Positions 11,690 through 23,775 of a DNA stretch of 64,000 nucleotides are shown in pieces (the first letter of the stretch is position 1; every line of letters starts with the position of its first letter). Under the pieces are notes generated by a model that saw only the letters and a list, made by a program, of their open reading frames with translations, made no database searches and had not been told where the DNA came from. Source of the stretch: Octopus sinensis (lineage: Eukaryota); contig NC_042999.1 of the NCBI RefSeq assembly GCF_006345805.1, positions 135,408,001 through 135,472,000 on the forward strand. Direction: 5' to 3'. Position numbers and translations under genes: made by a program.

Positions 11690-12240
11690 CAGAGGTTCTC
11701 AACTGGGGTCCATTTAAGATTTTTGGGAGTCTATGCAAGCAAAATAGTAATGTGGGATCCACAGTATAGTATTAAAGGTCCATAAAGAAATTTTGCTTTA
11801 GATGTAATTATTGCAAGAAACAGATAAATTCCTTTCTCAAACGTTCCATATAGTTCAACCTGCACAAATTATTTATTGTGTGAAAAACAAAATAGAAATT
11901 TTGAAAGAAGTATCTATAAAACTAGATTTTAATCCTTTAGCATCTAAAACAGCGATATCTGGCCCAAATATTCTACTTGTTTTATGTTCAAACTGGCCAG
12001 ATCTAGCCTCTCACACATAGCCTAGAATGTCATTCTAAATATAAGCAGTCACCTCCTCAAAATTTTGAAGCTACAAGATGATGCAAGATTACTTACAAGC
12101 AATATGAATGAATAAGCTTTACGTTTGACAAAGTAATCTGAATGCTAAAGGGTCAAACATCGACTTGCTATGGGGCTCCACCAGAATAAAATTGTAATCA
12201 AAGGCATCCATAGATAAAAAAAAAAGGTTGGAAACCACTG
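11690..12240. mobile_element. hAT (Charlie-like) MITE with a nested piggyBac-like MITE at about 11930-12153
   Basis: TIRs CAGAGGTTCTCAAC and GGTTGGAAACCACTG; 8-bp TSD ATCTAGCC / ATGTAGCC. A related copy is at 58605-58838. Confidence 0.75.
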
Positions 12241-13740
12241 ATGTAGCCTTTTAGTCAATAGATATTTCTTTGTAATTCTATTTGGTTTAATTATATTTAA
12301 AAAGATATACAGTTTATTTGAGAAATTTAAAGCAGTTCATTAAGTCTAGGCTATTTAAAATATTTTACTCATAGTGAGTGTACGGTGTCAGTATTGTTTC
12401 TTTGAAATACTAAACTCTTACAAATTTACTTGGACAATTTTGAAAGCCATAAATTTGGATCAGTTTCTATAGCTATGAAGTGGAAATAATTATTTAAGTT
12501 CATATTTGAAATGTGAATATTTAAAATGTCTTATGTCCCTTGGGGGTGATTATATAATAGGTGGGAAGTTTGCAGAGAAATTTATATCACAGTTTTCCAC
12601 CCCCCTATGATATGCACAATAATTAAAACAGAAACAAGAACATGATATATTATTGTTGACCCCAATGAAGTATAATTTGTTTTTCACATCAGCTGAATAT
12701 TATTAAAACAACAGCGATGAAGTGTTTGAAATGTTATTTAAGAAGGAAATCATTTTCTTCATCTGTTATCACTTCATGTGGCATCGTACTATGCCATCAG
12801 TTATAAACACGATACGAGAGAAATCAGATACTATGGCCACTGACAAGTTTCCAATTATTCAGTTGTTTACAAGACTGAGTCAGCTGTAGTAAAGCTAGTT
12901 CACACTAAAGATTTGAACAAAAACAAAATCAGTCAAAAAAGATTAGCTTTAAAAAGATAATTCTAACTAACATAGACAGAAAATATAATTCATCAGAGTA
13001 ACCTTCAAATGTTATGGTAGGGAGACAACTTACAAAGATAATTCCATTTGGGTCCATAATATTTGAAATTAAAGAAAAATAAATTAATGATTTTGTTGTT
13101 GTTGTTTAGATATGATCTAGTTGTGATTAAACAGAGTCATAACCAAAGATATTCCAGCTTTGACTATTCCATCATTTTCAAGAGTATTTAGAACTAAATT
13201 ATTAAATAAGTACTTCTAAATAGCTTTTTAAAAGATGGTAAAGTGGGATTTGAAGAAGATTTGGTTGCCACTTCTAGCAAATTGAGCAACCAAGTAGAGC
13301 AGGTATGGGCGACCTTTATAGAGAAGTGAGCCACATGAGATACAGATCATTATCAGGAAAGCTACACTGCTAAAAAAAAGTTCATGGTAATTCTTCATTA
13401 TGCGTACCTTTCAGAAAGTCCTAAGGATTGTAATTTGCCCATGACTGAAGTACAGGATCCTTTGTTTACTTCTATTAATATTTTTTAATGATTTGATAAA
13501 TCTTAAAAAACATTCACCAAGTTTCTGTTCAATTCAAAGATAGCGGTTCTTTGAAATATTCTGACACAGTTTAAATTTAGATTTGGATTGAGTGAGCTAC
13601 ATTTGATGGTTCGATTTCAAATGCTATCAGTTATAATCACCAGCTTTTTCCTGATCCATCAGATTTATGATCAAAGACATTCCAAATGCTACTCAGTGTA
13701 TCTAGAACTACTTTATTCAAAAAGTCTTTCTCTTTCTTAA

Positions 13741-13960
13741 CCCTTTCATTACTGTATTTATTTTGAGATGCTCTGTGTTTCTTTCAATTACTTTAAATAT
13801 AACAAAGAATTTAGTAAAATAACTTGGTTATCATTCAGCTAGTGTTAGGAACATAAATTGTGGCTAAGGTTTGGTGGAAGATTTTAATTCAAAACTTATG
13901 AAAACAAGACATTTTTACTCAGAGCCAGAGCCGGTTTCAGCCGGGTTGGTAACAAAAGGG
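13741..13960. mobile_element. piggyBac-type MITE
   Basis: TTAA|CCCTTTCATTAC ... GTAACAAAAGGG|TTAA. Confidence 0.75.
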
Positions 13961-14099
13961 TTAAGATGGTAGGGTGTGATATGAAAGTAGTTATATTTAT
14001 ACCGCCAAAAAAGAGAACAGACTTGAAGCTTCACATTACTGCTTTGCTCAACCTGTTGAAATAGCTCCACTAGCAAACCTGAAGTCAACTCAAAATAAT

Positions 14100-14180
<81 letters not shown>

Positions 14181-14562
14181 GTGGTGTGACTGTGTGGTAA
14201 GAAGTTTGCTTATTAACTACATAGTTCCTGGTTCAGTCCCACTGTGTGACACTTTCAGCAAGTGTCTTCTACTATAGCACCAGGCCTACCAAAGCTTTGT
14301 GGGTGTCTGTGTGTGTATATATATATATATATAATAGAAATATTAAAATTACTAAGTCTCTCTAAAAGAGAACAATGGCAGCGTTTCCGGAAAATAATAG
14401 TTATCGCCATACTAATATGGCATTCTTATAAAAATAAGAATAAAGCTGTCCGCTTATTAGCTCCATGAGGCCATCGCCTTAAGTTAGCTATTTGATACAC
14501 AAACTGTATCCATATAACCTTCGAACAAGGGAGGTCAGTCGCTCCACACTACTTGACCGGCA

Positions 14563-14604
14563 GCTACAGACGCGTTTCGGGGTATTGCCCCTTTTCAATG
14601 CAGC
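14563..14604 (-). ncRNA. Minimal type I hammerhead ribozyme, U3-A8 core variant
   Basis: Minus strand: gctgca TTGAAAA gggg caata cccc GAAA cgcg TC tgtagc. Confidence 0.75.
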
Positions 14605-15149
14605 GTAGCCAGACAGTAGGTGTCGCTTCTGACAATCTCTGTTCGAAGGTTTTATTTACCTAGCTTCGGTGGAATACATCCACTTGTTTTCAATAATAGA
14701 AATATTAAAATTACTAAGTCTCTCTAAAAGAGAACAACGGCAGCGTTTCCGGAAAATAATAGTTATCGCTATACTAATATGGCATTCTTATAAAAATAAG
14801 AATAAAGCTGTCCGCTTATTGGCTCTATGAGGCCAAGTAGTGTGGAGCGACTGACCTCCCTTGTTCGAAGGTTATATGGATACAGTTTGTGTATCAAATA
14901 GCTAACTTAAGGCGATGATGGCCTCATGGAGCTAATAAGCGGACAGCTTTATTCTTATTTTTATAAGAATGCCATATTAGTATGGCGATAACTATTATTT
15001 TCCGGAAACGCTGCCGTTGTTCTCTTTTAGAGAGACTTAGTAATTTTAATATTTCTATTATTGAAAACAAGTGGATGTATTCCACCGAAGCTAGGTAAAT
15101 AAAACCTTCGAACAGAGATTGTCAGAAGCGACACCTACTGTCTGGCTAT

Positions 15150-15191
15150 GCTGCATTGAAAAGGGGCAATACCCCGAAACGCGTCTGTAGC
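15150..15191 (+). ncRNA. Minimal type I hammerhead ribozyme, U3-A8 core variant, GUC site after 15185
   Basis: gctgca TTGAAAA gggg caata cccc GAAA cgcg TC tgtagc: 6-bp helix I, 4-bp helix II, palindromic ACGCGT helix III. Confidence 0.75.
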
Positions 15192-15368
15192 TGCCAGTCA
15201 AGTAGTGTGGAGCGACTGACCTCCCTTGTTCGAAGGTTATATGGATACAGTTTGTGTATCAAATAGCTAACTTAAGGCGATGGCCTCATGGAGCTAATAA
15301 GCGGACAGCTTTATTCTTATTTTTATAAGAATGCCATATTAGTATGGCGATAACTATTATATATATAT

Positions 15369-15414
<46 letters not shown>

Positions 15415-15462
15415 GAAATATATATTTGTGTGTGTGTATATATATATATAATATATATATAT

Positions 15463-15850
15463 ATACTAGCAGTATCGCCCGGCATTGCTCGGGTTTGTTT
15501 CGACCCGCTGGAATTGGAATTTTTGAAAAGTAAAAATTTTGCATTATGTAGCTTGTTATTCTCTTCAAGTGAACATTTTTCTGGTTGAAATACACCGCAA
15601 AGTGGTGATACAATAGTGAAAAAATCGTAAAAAATAGGGATTTTCATAGAAAAAAGCACCTTTTTGATGTAAATAATCTTTGGTGTTAACATGGTCCGAT
15701 TTGAATTTTATCTTCTACGGAAGGAAGAGCAACCCTTCTATCATACTCTCAATTTTGGTCAACTTGCGCCACAGGGTCTCGGAGGAGATAGTGTTAGTTG
15801 AAGGCTACCAAACCTGGCACACACAGACAACTTCAGCTTTATATAGAGAG
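15463..15850 (+). mobile_element. Putative non-autonomous Helitron/Helentron (DINE-1/HINE-like)
   Basis: Starts ACTAGC..CCCGGCATTGCTCGGG (sub-terminal hairpin) and ends ACACACAGACAACTTCAGCTTTATATAG. Recognised by resemblance only. Confidence 0.45.
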
Positions 15851-16136
15851 AGATAACACACACACATTAATACACATATATACACACACACATGTATGTA
15901 TGTATGTATGTATATATGTACATCTGTCCACTTCTTGCCATATTTTTATCCTTCACTTCCTACACACACACACACACACACTCACACACATGCACGCACA
16001 CACACACACACACCTTAGCTTACAATTTTCTTTCAACAATTTACACTGTCATATATGTATATGTTTGCGTGTCTATGTGTGTAAAGAGAAAGTGGGAGTA
16101 AGTGTGGTAATAGGCAGAGTAAAGTCTTTGAAGTGA

Positions 16137-16555
16137 GAGAGGGAAATCGTAAAATATTGAGTTTTCTCGAATTTTTGCTTAATTGGGGGTGAAATTGAAA
16201 GAAATTTATATGCCATGACCGAATGGAATGTACTTGGAAAATTCATAGGTAAACTCCAATTGAAGAAATTGCGTGAGGAGTAAATCGTTATGTATTTATT
16301 TGTCTCTGTTTGCTCTGTATTTTTTTTGAGTAGTGGTTTAAGGTACACTTGCAAAGAGAAAGTAGGAGAAATTATGGTAATAGCATGAGTGAAGCAGTTA
16401 CAATTAGAAAGGCAAATCGTAAAATATTTACTTTTCTCGAATTTTTGCTTAATTGGGGGTCAAATTGAAAAAACTTTATATGCCATGACCCAATCGAATC
16501 TACTTGTAAAAATCGTAGGTAAATTCCAATTGAAGAAATTCTATATTGTAGAATT
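16137..16555 (+). repeat. Diverged ~130-bp direct repeat, two copies about 275 bp apart
   Basis: GAAATCGTAAAATATT..TTTTCTCGAATTTTTGCTTAATTGGGGGT...CCAATTGAAGAAATT at about 16140 and 16413. Confidence 0.8.
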
Positions 16556-16632
16556 GTATTAAAAAGGAACATGGGAACAGGCAGAGAAAATCTGTCTTTT
16601 ATCATAAGAGATATATATGTAGAAATATATAT

Positions 16633-16685
<53 letters not shown>

Positions 16686-17309
16686 GTGTGTGTGTGTCAT
16701 CATCATTTAACATCCGCTTTCTATGCTGGCATGGGCTGGACAGTTTGACTGAGGACTGGTGAGCCAGAGGCTGCACAAAGCTTAATCTGATCTGGCAAAG
16801 TTTCTACAGCTGGATGTCCTTCCTAACGCCAATCACTCCGAGAGTGTAATGGGTGCTTTTATGTGCCATCGGCCCAAGAGCCAGTCAGGCAGTTCTGGCA
16901 ACGACCACGCTCAAAAGGTGTCTTTTATGTGCTACTTGCACGGGAGCCAGTCCGCTGGCACTGACAATAACCACACACTGGCTCGGAATTTCTGGAGCTA
17001 CCATTGACACTGGCTTACATTTATTGTCCAATCCCCAAATACTGCATTAATATTCCTCGCACTTTCCATTGTGCTGTTGCTTTTATTAAACTCATAAAGC
17101 AAAATATGCTGAATATGCTCCCTTGTCACTTCCATTATAGTTTTGAAAACATAACTGTTAAAAATCGAACTGCATTCTTCAAAACTTGTGCTAAGAATAA
17201 GTACAAGGTAAAATTAATACCTGCTTTTATAGCAAGTTGATGCAGGTAGTTTATCCCTCTCTGACTATTAGTTCATGCAATTGAAAAAACTGCATATTTA
17301 TGGGATGAC

Positions 17310-17558
17310 TCATAAAAAACACCATCCGAGCGTGGCCGTCTGCCAGCCTCGTCTGGCACCTGTGTCGGTGGCACATAAAATCACCCACTACACTCTCGGA
17401 GTGGTTGGCGTTAGGAAGGGCATCCAGCTGTAGAAACACTGCCAGATCTGACTGGCCTGGTGCAGCCTTCGGGCTTGCCAGACCCCAGTTGAACCGTCCA
17501 ACCCATGCTAGCATGGAAAGCGGACGTTAACGATGATGATGATGATGATGATGATGAT
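17310..17558 (+). mobile_element. RTE 3' end with (GAT)n tail
   Basis: ...GTTAGGAAGGGCATCCAGCTGTAG...CCAACCCATGCTAGCATGGAAAGCGGACGTTAACGATGATGAT. Confidence 0.8.
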
Positions 17559-17695
17559 GTGTGTGTGTGTGAGTATAATATATACACACACACACATATA
17601 TAATAATATACATGTATAAATATATATATATATATTTTTTTTTTTGTACTTGTTTCAGTCATTTGACTGCGGCCATGCTGGAGCACCGCCTTTAG

Positions 17696-17862
17696 AGTGG
17701 TGAAAGAGTACAGCAGGGATCACCACCTCCTGCCGGAGCCTCGTGGAGCTTTTAGGTGTTTTTTTCGCTCAATAAACACACACAACGCCCGGTCTGGGAA
17801 TCGAAACCGCGATCCTCCAACCGCAAGTCCGCTGCCCTAACCACTAGGCCATTGCGCCTCCA
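17696..17862 (-). mobile_element. tRNA-derived SINE
   Basis: Minus strand: GGAGGCGCAATGGCCTAGTGGTTAGGGCAGCGGAC...GGTTTCGATTCCCAGACC (A and B boxes), followed by a non-tRNA body. Confidence 0.8.
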
Positions 17863-18105
17863 TATATATATATTTGAGAACATATTCTTTGTGGAAAATA
17901 GTGATTTGACGTCTAAATCTAGCATGTTGACCGTCCACTTTTAGTGGCCAGTCCTTTAAATTTTGTATGTAAAAATATTTTAATCTTCGGACTTTTTTAA
18001 TATGCTGGGCGACTGGTTTTAATTGATTAATATCAATTTCTACCCTTATTAAATTATATATATATATATCAGTTCATTGCTAAACCTCGCTAAGATAAAT
18101 ATTTC

Positions 18106-18180
18106 AATTAACCTGAAGATTGACTGTAACCATAACTCGAATTATTACGAATTGTACAGCCATGAAACGATCGTAGTGTT
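18106..18180 (+). ncRNA. Degenerate hammerhead-like motif
   Basis: CTGAAGA (18113), helix II tgactgta..tacagcca with mismatches, GAAA, palindrome cgatcg, TA. Helix I is only about 2 bp. Confidence 0.45.
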
Positions 18181-18404
18181 TTACGCTTTATCTTTTATTA
18201 AACTTTTAATACTTTTGATAAATATTTAAAATAATATAAATTAATTAATTTTATGTATTGGCTTATGTTTTTCATTGTTTGATTTGTCTAATAGTGGTTT
18301 TATCTCTAATTTATATAATATAATATAATATATTTTACTATAAAATTGGATTTAATCCTAAATCTGATTTTTCCCTGTAAGTTTGGATTTATTGCCTAAT
18401 ATTT

Positions 18405-18452
<48 letters not shown>

Positions 18453-18504
18453 TATATACATACATATATATATGTATGTGTTTGTGTATATTTATAATAT
18501 ATAT

Positions 18505-18554
<50 letters not shown>

Positions 18555-18590
18555 TATATATACCTATGTTTGTATTTATATGTATATATG

Positions 18591-18645
<55 letters not shown>

Positions 18646-19089
18646 ATATATATGTGTGTATATATATATTTACTCTTTTTACTCTCTCTTTTACTTGTTT
18701 CAGTCATTTGACTGCGGCCATGCTGGAGCACCGCCTTTAGTCAAGCAAATCGACCCCAGGACATATTCTTTTTAAGCCTAGTACTTATTCTATCAGTCTC
18801 TTTTGCCGAACTGCTAAGTTACAGGGATGTAAACACACCAGCATTAGTTGTCAAGTGATGTCGGAGGGACAAACACAGGCACACAAACATATACACACAC
18901 ACACATACATATATATGACGGGTTTCTTTCAGTTTCCGCCTGCCAAATCCACTCACAAGGCTTTGGTCGGCCCGAGGCTATAAGTAGAAGACACTTGCCC
19001 AAGGTGCCACACAGTAGGACTGAAATTGGAACCATGTGGTTGGGAAGCAAGCTACTTACCATACAGCCACTTTTGATATATAAATATCA

Positions 19090-19830
19090 TCATCATCATC
19101 ATCGCTTACTTTGCATTGTCTATGCTAGCATGGATTGGACAGGTTGACCAAAGCTGACAAGCTGGAGAACTGCACCAGGCTCCAGTCTGATTTGGCATGT
19201 TTTCTATAGCTGGATGCTCTTCCTAACACCAATGACTTCACAGAGTTTGCTGGGCACTTTTACTTTGCACTGCATGAACGTTTTTATGTGGTACCGACAC
19301 AACTACTTTTTACATGGCATTGGCACAGGACTTTTGCAGGCCTATCTTCTTCACTAGGGGAAGTGGCTTTAACACTTCTGCTGTGGAGTACAGGTCTTCT
19401 TGAGTACAGCTAGATGCCAGGTACCCCAGTCCTTTGTCATCTCATCTGAAAGGTTCAGCATCTTGAGGTTGTCCTTCAGCACTTCTTCCCATGTCTTCTT
19501 GGGTCTCCCTCTTTCATGTGTTCCATCTATTTTGAGAGATCAGCACTTCTTTATGGAACTGTCAATATTCATCCACATATGACCAAACTAGTGCAGTCTT
19601 CTCTCTTACACACAGCAACAAATTCCTTTATTCTGCCAAACTTCTCTCTCAATACACTAGCACTCTGTTGAACATGTACACTTACATTACACATCCATCA
19701 GACCATAATAGCCTCATTCTTCTCTAACTTTCATATGTCCTCTGCCTTTAGGGTCCACATCTCTCCACCACATAGAATTGTTGTCCATATACATGCATCA
19801 TACAATTTTCCTTTTACCCAGAGAGGAAGA
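19090..19830 (-). mobile_element. Old RTE LINE 3' remnant
   Basis: Minus strand LPLWVKGKLYDACIWTTILCGGEMWTLKAEDI parallels the 2400-3638 ORF; (CAT)n tail near 19090. Confidence 0.75.
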
Positions 19831-22800
19831 TTATATGATACATGTATACATGCACACACACACACACGATTATGTATGTATGTATGTATGTATGTATGTA
19901 TGTATGTATGTATGTATGTATGTATGCATGCACGTGTGTGTGTGTGCATGTATGTGTGCTCTTGTCTTGACTTCGATAACAGTATCACTGTTATTCATTT
20001 CCAATATTCTGCAAGAACATGTCTGGCCAGGAGAAAATACTATCTTACTTGGAAACAAATGAAGGTAGGTGACTGGAAGGGCATCCAGTCATAGAAAATC
20101 TGCCTCAAATAAAATTAGTGCAACTTGTTAAAGCATGGAAAAGTGGATGATGATGATGTGATATATTTCAAATTTTTTCTAATAAAATTTAAATTGTATT
20201 GCAAAAACAACAAATGATTACTTTAGCTTCAAATATTTTATCAAATAACAATTCTAACATGCTTCTTCCTATGTTTATACAAATCCTGATTTTCTTGAGA
20301 GCACTTCTCCCATTCAGTGATCTATTCCACATTTATTTTTATAAAATTTGATCACTGAGAATGGGATAAAATTTCTTTTATATCAATCACTTTTTCTTTA
20401 TGTATTATATGTCAGCCTTTTGCTTGCCATCTCCAGATTTTTTCTGATGACTAGAAAGTTTCATAAATGACTGATCACCCTTCTGAGAAGTTGTTACATA
20501 TTTTGAACTCTGTTTTGACTGAGTACACTTGCAACTGGGATCATTATTTGAAATGAATCATTCTGTGTGAGCACTGCTGCATGGAATGGAGATGATATAA
20601 GCTCTCACTTTCTTCAGATTTGTAAAAGAGAACTCAGATTTACTGAATAGCATCAGATAATGTTCTTAACTATGGTTGAATACCAACTCAGGAATACTGA
20701 TAATTGACTCCTTATATAATCCACTTATCTCAACATCTCAAAGGTTATAAATCTTGACAGTATCATAGAATTCTCCGAAAGGTATGTAACTTATGAAGCT
20801 AAGTTTCAATGATTTATTATGAAAGCTGTTTTCAGAGAAGTAATACCCATCACTAACACACTTTCTGAATCTTTCATAAAAAGTTATGAAGTTTGATTTA
20901 TATTGTTAAGATGCATCAGGGGCAAGCCGGTTAAGCTTGGTGTGCACTGCAAATAAAGTTATGACTGACAATGCTTCACAGCATGACAGATTTTAAACAG
21001 TTCTGTTGGCAAGATTTGCTACAGGGAAACTAGAATTTAATGTTGAAAATAATCTGCTTAAAGTGCATAACTATTGCAACATCTCATTTAAAATGACAGC
21101 ATAGCTAAAATAAATGTTAGGAATTCATGGGTGTTCATAATTGTAATCTAGAGAGCTCTTTCTTTGGCCATCTATAAACAGACTATTTAAATATTGAGAG
21201 GATCTAAGATGTTATTTTCAGAGTTTAAGTGAAGAGGTGTATCTCAAGGCTCTGAAGAAAATGCTTGTGAATTCTCTTTCATAATATTTGTAAGGAAGAG
21301 CTTTAGTTAGATAAACTAAGTACTTGACTGGAAGAGTGAAAGGCAAAGTAGGCACCAGATGAGTTAAATGTAAAAGAATGTAATTAAATACTGGTAGTAT
21401 TCAATATAATCAACTGTTTACACCCCAATATGCATCGTTCTGAGGCTTATTTAGAAATGAATCATAAATATAAAATGACTATCATATATATAAAATGTGT
21501 ACTTAAATTATTATATATTTTATATAAATCTAGTACAAGAATAAATATGAAATATCACAATGTACAGATTAAATTCAAGAGGTCATGCGTTCACACACAT
21601 TAACATATTTCTAATTTAGCAGTTAATAACTCCTATGGGCGTTATTCAATTTCTTACATCTAAAGCAAAGTGCCTAATTCTTCAAATGCCTGTAAATAGT
21701 GAACTGTTGGCTGTGTTTGACTTGAAAGATGGTTCCTTTTTGATCACTGATGAGTTGGGCTCTTGCTGAATATATCAGATCATTAGATGGAAAATGAGGA
21801 TTCATACTTCATCTCACATCACTGCAAGATATTGATAGATGTAGGAGCAAGCAACTCTACCAATATAATGTCATTAGTTAAGAGAAGTAACTCTTTAAGT
21901 CTCTCTGAAATTCTTTTCTGAGCTGGTTTGCTGGAACTCAACCCAGACAATGACTTATCTGTGATGGTAGAAAGAAATCATTATAGATTTCTTATTGAGG
22001 GACTCCATGCTCTCAGGAAGTGAACAATTAAGTGACTCACTCAAGTTATAGAGAAGCCCTATCAACAATACTCCAGGCTGTAACAGAATAGTCATGTCAC
22101 TGGTCACTAAGTTTCCATATGAAATGTGACAAAGAGGTAGAATTCATCCTGTTCCTGGACCTGAATGTATGTAGATGTTAACTGTAATATCTCTTGAAAT
22201 TGCTTGCAATGAGCTCAGAGTTCCTCTAAATACAATTTGGTGAAGCAAGCTTAGCTCTGTACATCACGGGCTTGAAAAAGCAAAGCCCCACTCTTCTGCA
22301 GACAAGTGGTTTGATCTTAGAAACTGCAGGTGGGTTGTTGGTGTGTAGGAAGTGCAGATGTATGATTTTGGTTGATGCTTGTAATGGTGGACACATCATC
22401 ATCTAGGCAAGAATAACTCACTTTAACATTATGTGCATTAAAAAAATTGTGGTATTTATGTGAGTGGCACTTTACAAAAGACAAGTTCTAATTAATATTA
22501 TTAATGATGTCTCTGTTATGGAGTGGATTAAACCAAATGAATTTCTGTTTCCTGATACTTACATCTGGAGTGGATAGTAGGGTTAATATTAACTAACCTT
22601 TGCCTAAAGTCACTCTTGGTTAGAACATTAATAAAGTAGAGTTCTGCTCTGTTGGATATTTCCATATCAGAGAATAGATTGGAAACTCTCCTATTGACTC
22701 CTGCAACAAGTTCCTAATTATAGCTGAAGGTGGGGTGGAGGTCTTATGAATGTATTATATTCTCTCCTCATTTAGCTTCCTATAGGAGTGTTTACCTATC

Positions 22801-23361
22801 TTAAGATAAAATAATATCTTGGGAATTAGCTATTGTTAGACTGGTGGAAATATAGAATATGCATATGATACAAATTCCTTGTTTTAAATAACATTCTCAT
22901 TATTAAGCTGGTGTTTGGAACATAAATTAACCTGAAATTTTGACAGAATGTTTTAAAGAAATCTACATTAAAACCTTCCATAAAAAATTCTTGTTTATTT
23001 AAAATTCCAAACATCAGCTTAATAAAGATAGCTATTTTTTTTACAAATTCTTCATTATTTTCAAAATTAATTGAAACAGTGTATTTCAACAGAAATATGT
23101 TAACAAAAGTGTTGACATTCTTGTTGCAGTGAACCCACCAACCAATGTTTAATGAATTATAAATACATCCATAATAAAGGGAAAAAATCATTATCATTTA
23201 TGATGAATCTTGCCAAGAAAGGCAAAGGAGAAAACTCCAAACTCCAAATTGATTAAGAGTTGACTGGTGGTGGTGAGTATGCAGTGGAGAGTGAACCTGA
23301 TTACAGGTAAATATGCTCTTCATGCAGAAGGTGCCACTGGGAAAATTTTTCACTGTAGTTT

Positions 23362-23775
23362 AACCCTTTAGCATTTAAACTGGTCATATCTAGCCCAAAT
23401 ATTCTCCCCATCTGATATACCACAACTGGAAAAATGTGAGATGGTCCTTATTAGAACCTCTTTAACCCTTTAGTATTTAAACTGGCCATATCCAGCCCCA
23501 AATATTTTACCTGTTTTATGTTCAAAGTGGTTAGCTCCTGCCTCTCACACCTACTCTACAATGTCATTTTGGAAATAAACAATCACATCATTGAAATCTC
23601 AAAGCTATTAGATAATGTATGATTCAATTTCAAGCTAAACAACAAGTGAGAACTTCATCAGGTTGTTCAGTTCTCTCTCTGGTGGTTTATTCAAAACAAT
23701 GTGAATGTGAAACAATTCAAAACATTATAAATAAATAAGTATTACATTTGACAGAATAATCTGAAGTCTGAAAAG
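23362..23775. mobile_element. Nested or partial piggyBac-type MITEs
   Basis: TTAACCCTTTAGCATTTAAACTGG at 23361 and again at 23462. Family members also at 8925-9190, 9490-9530 and 10370-10545. Confidence 0.65.

Larger units (their letters stand above)
14331..15359. mobile_element. HHR-containing non-coding element: 362-bp unit in partial tandem plus inverted arrangement, within (TA)n
   Basis: The unit start ATAATAGAAATATT occurs at 14331 and 14693. 14835-15359 is the reverse complement of about 1.45 units. Both ends abut (TA)n. Confidence 0.9.
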
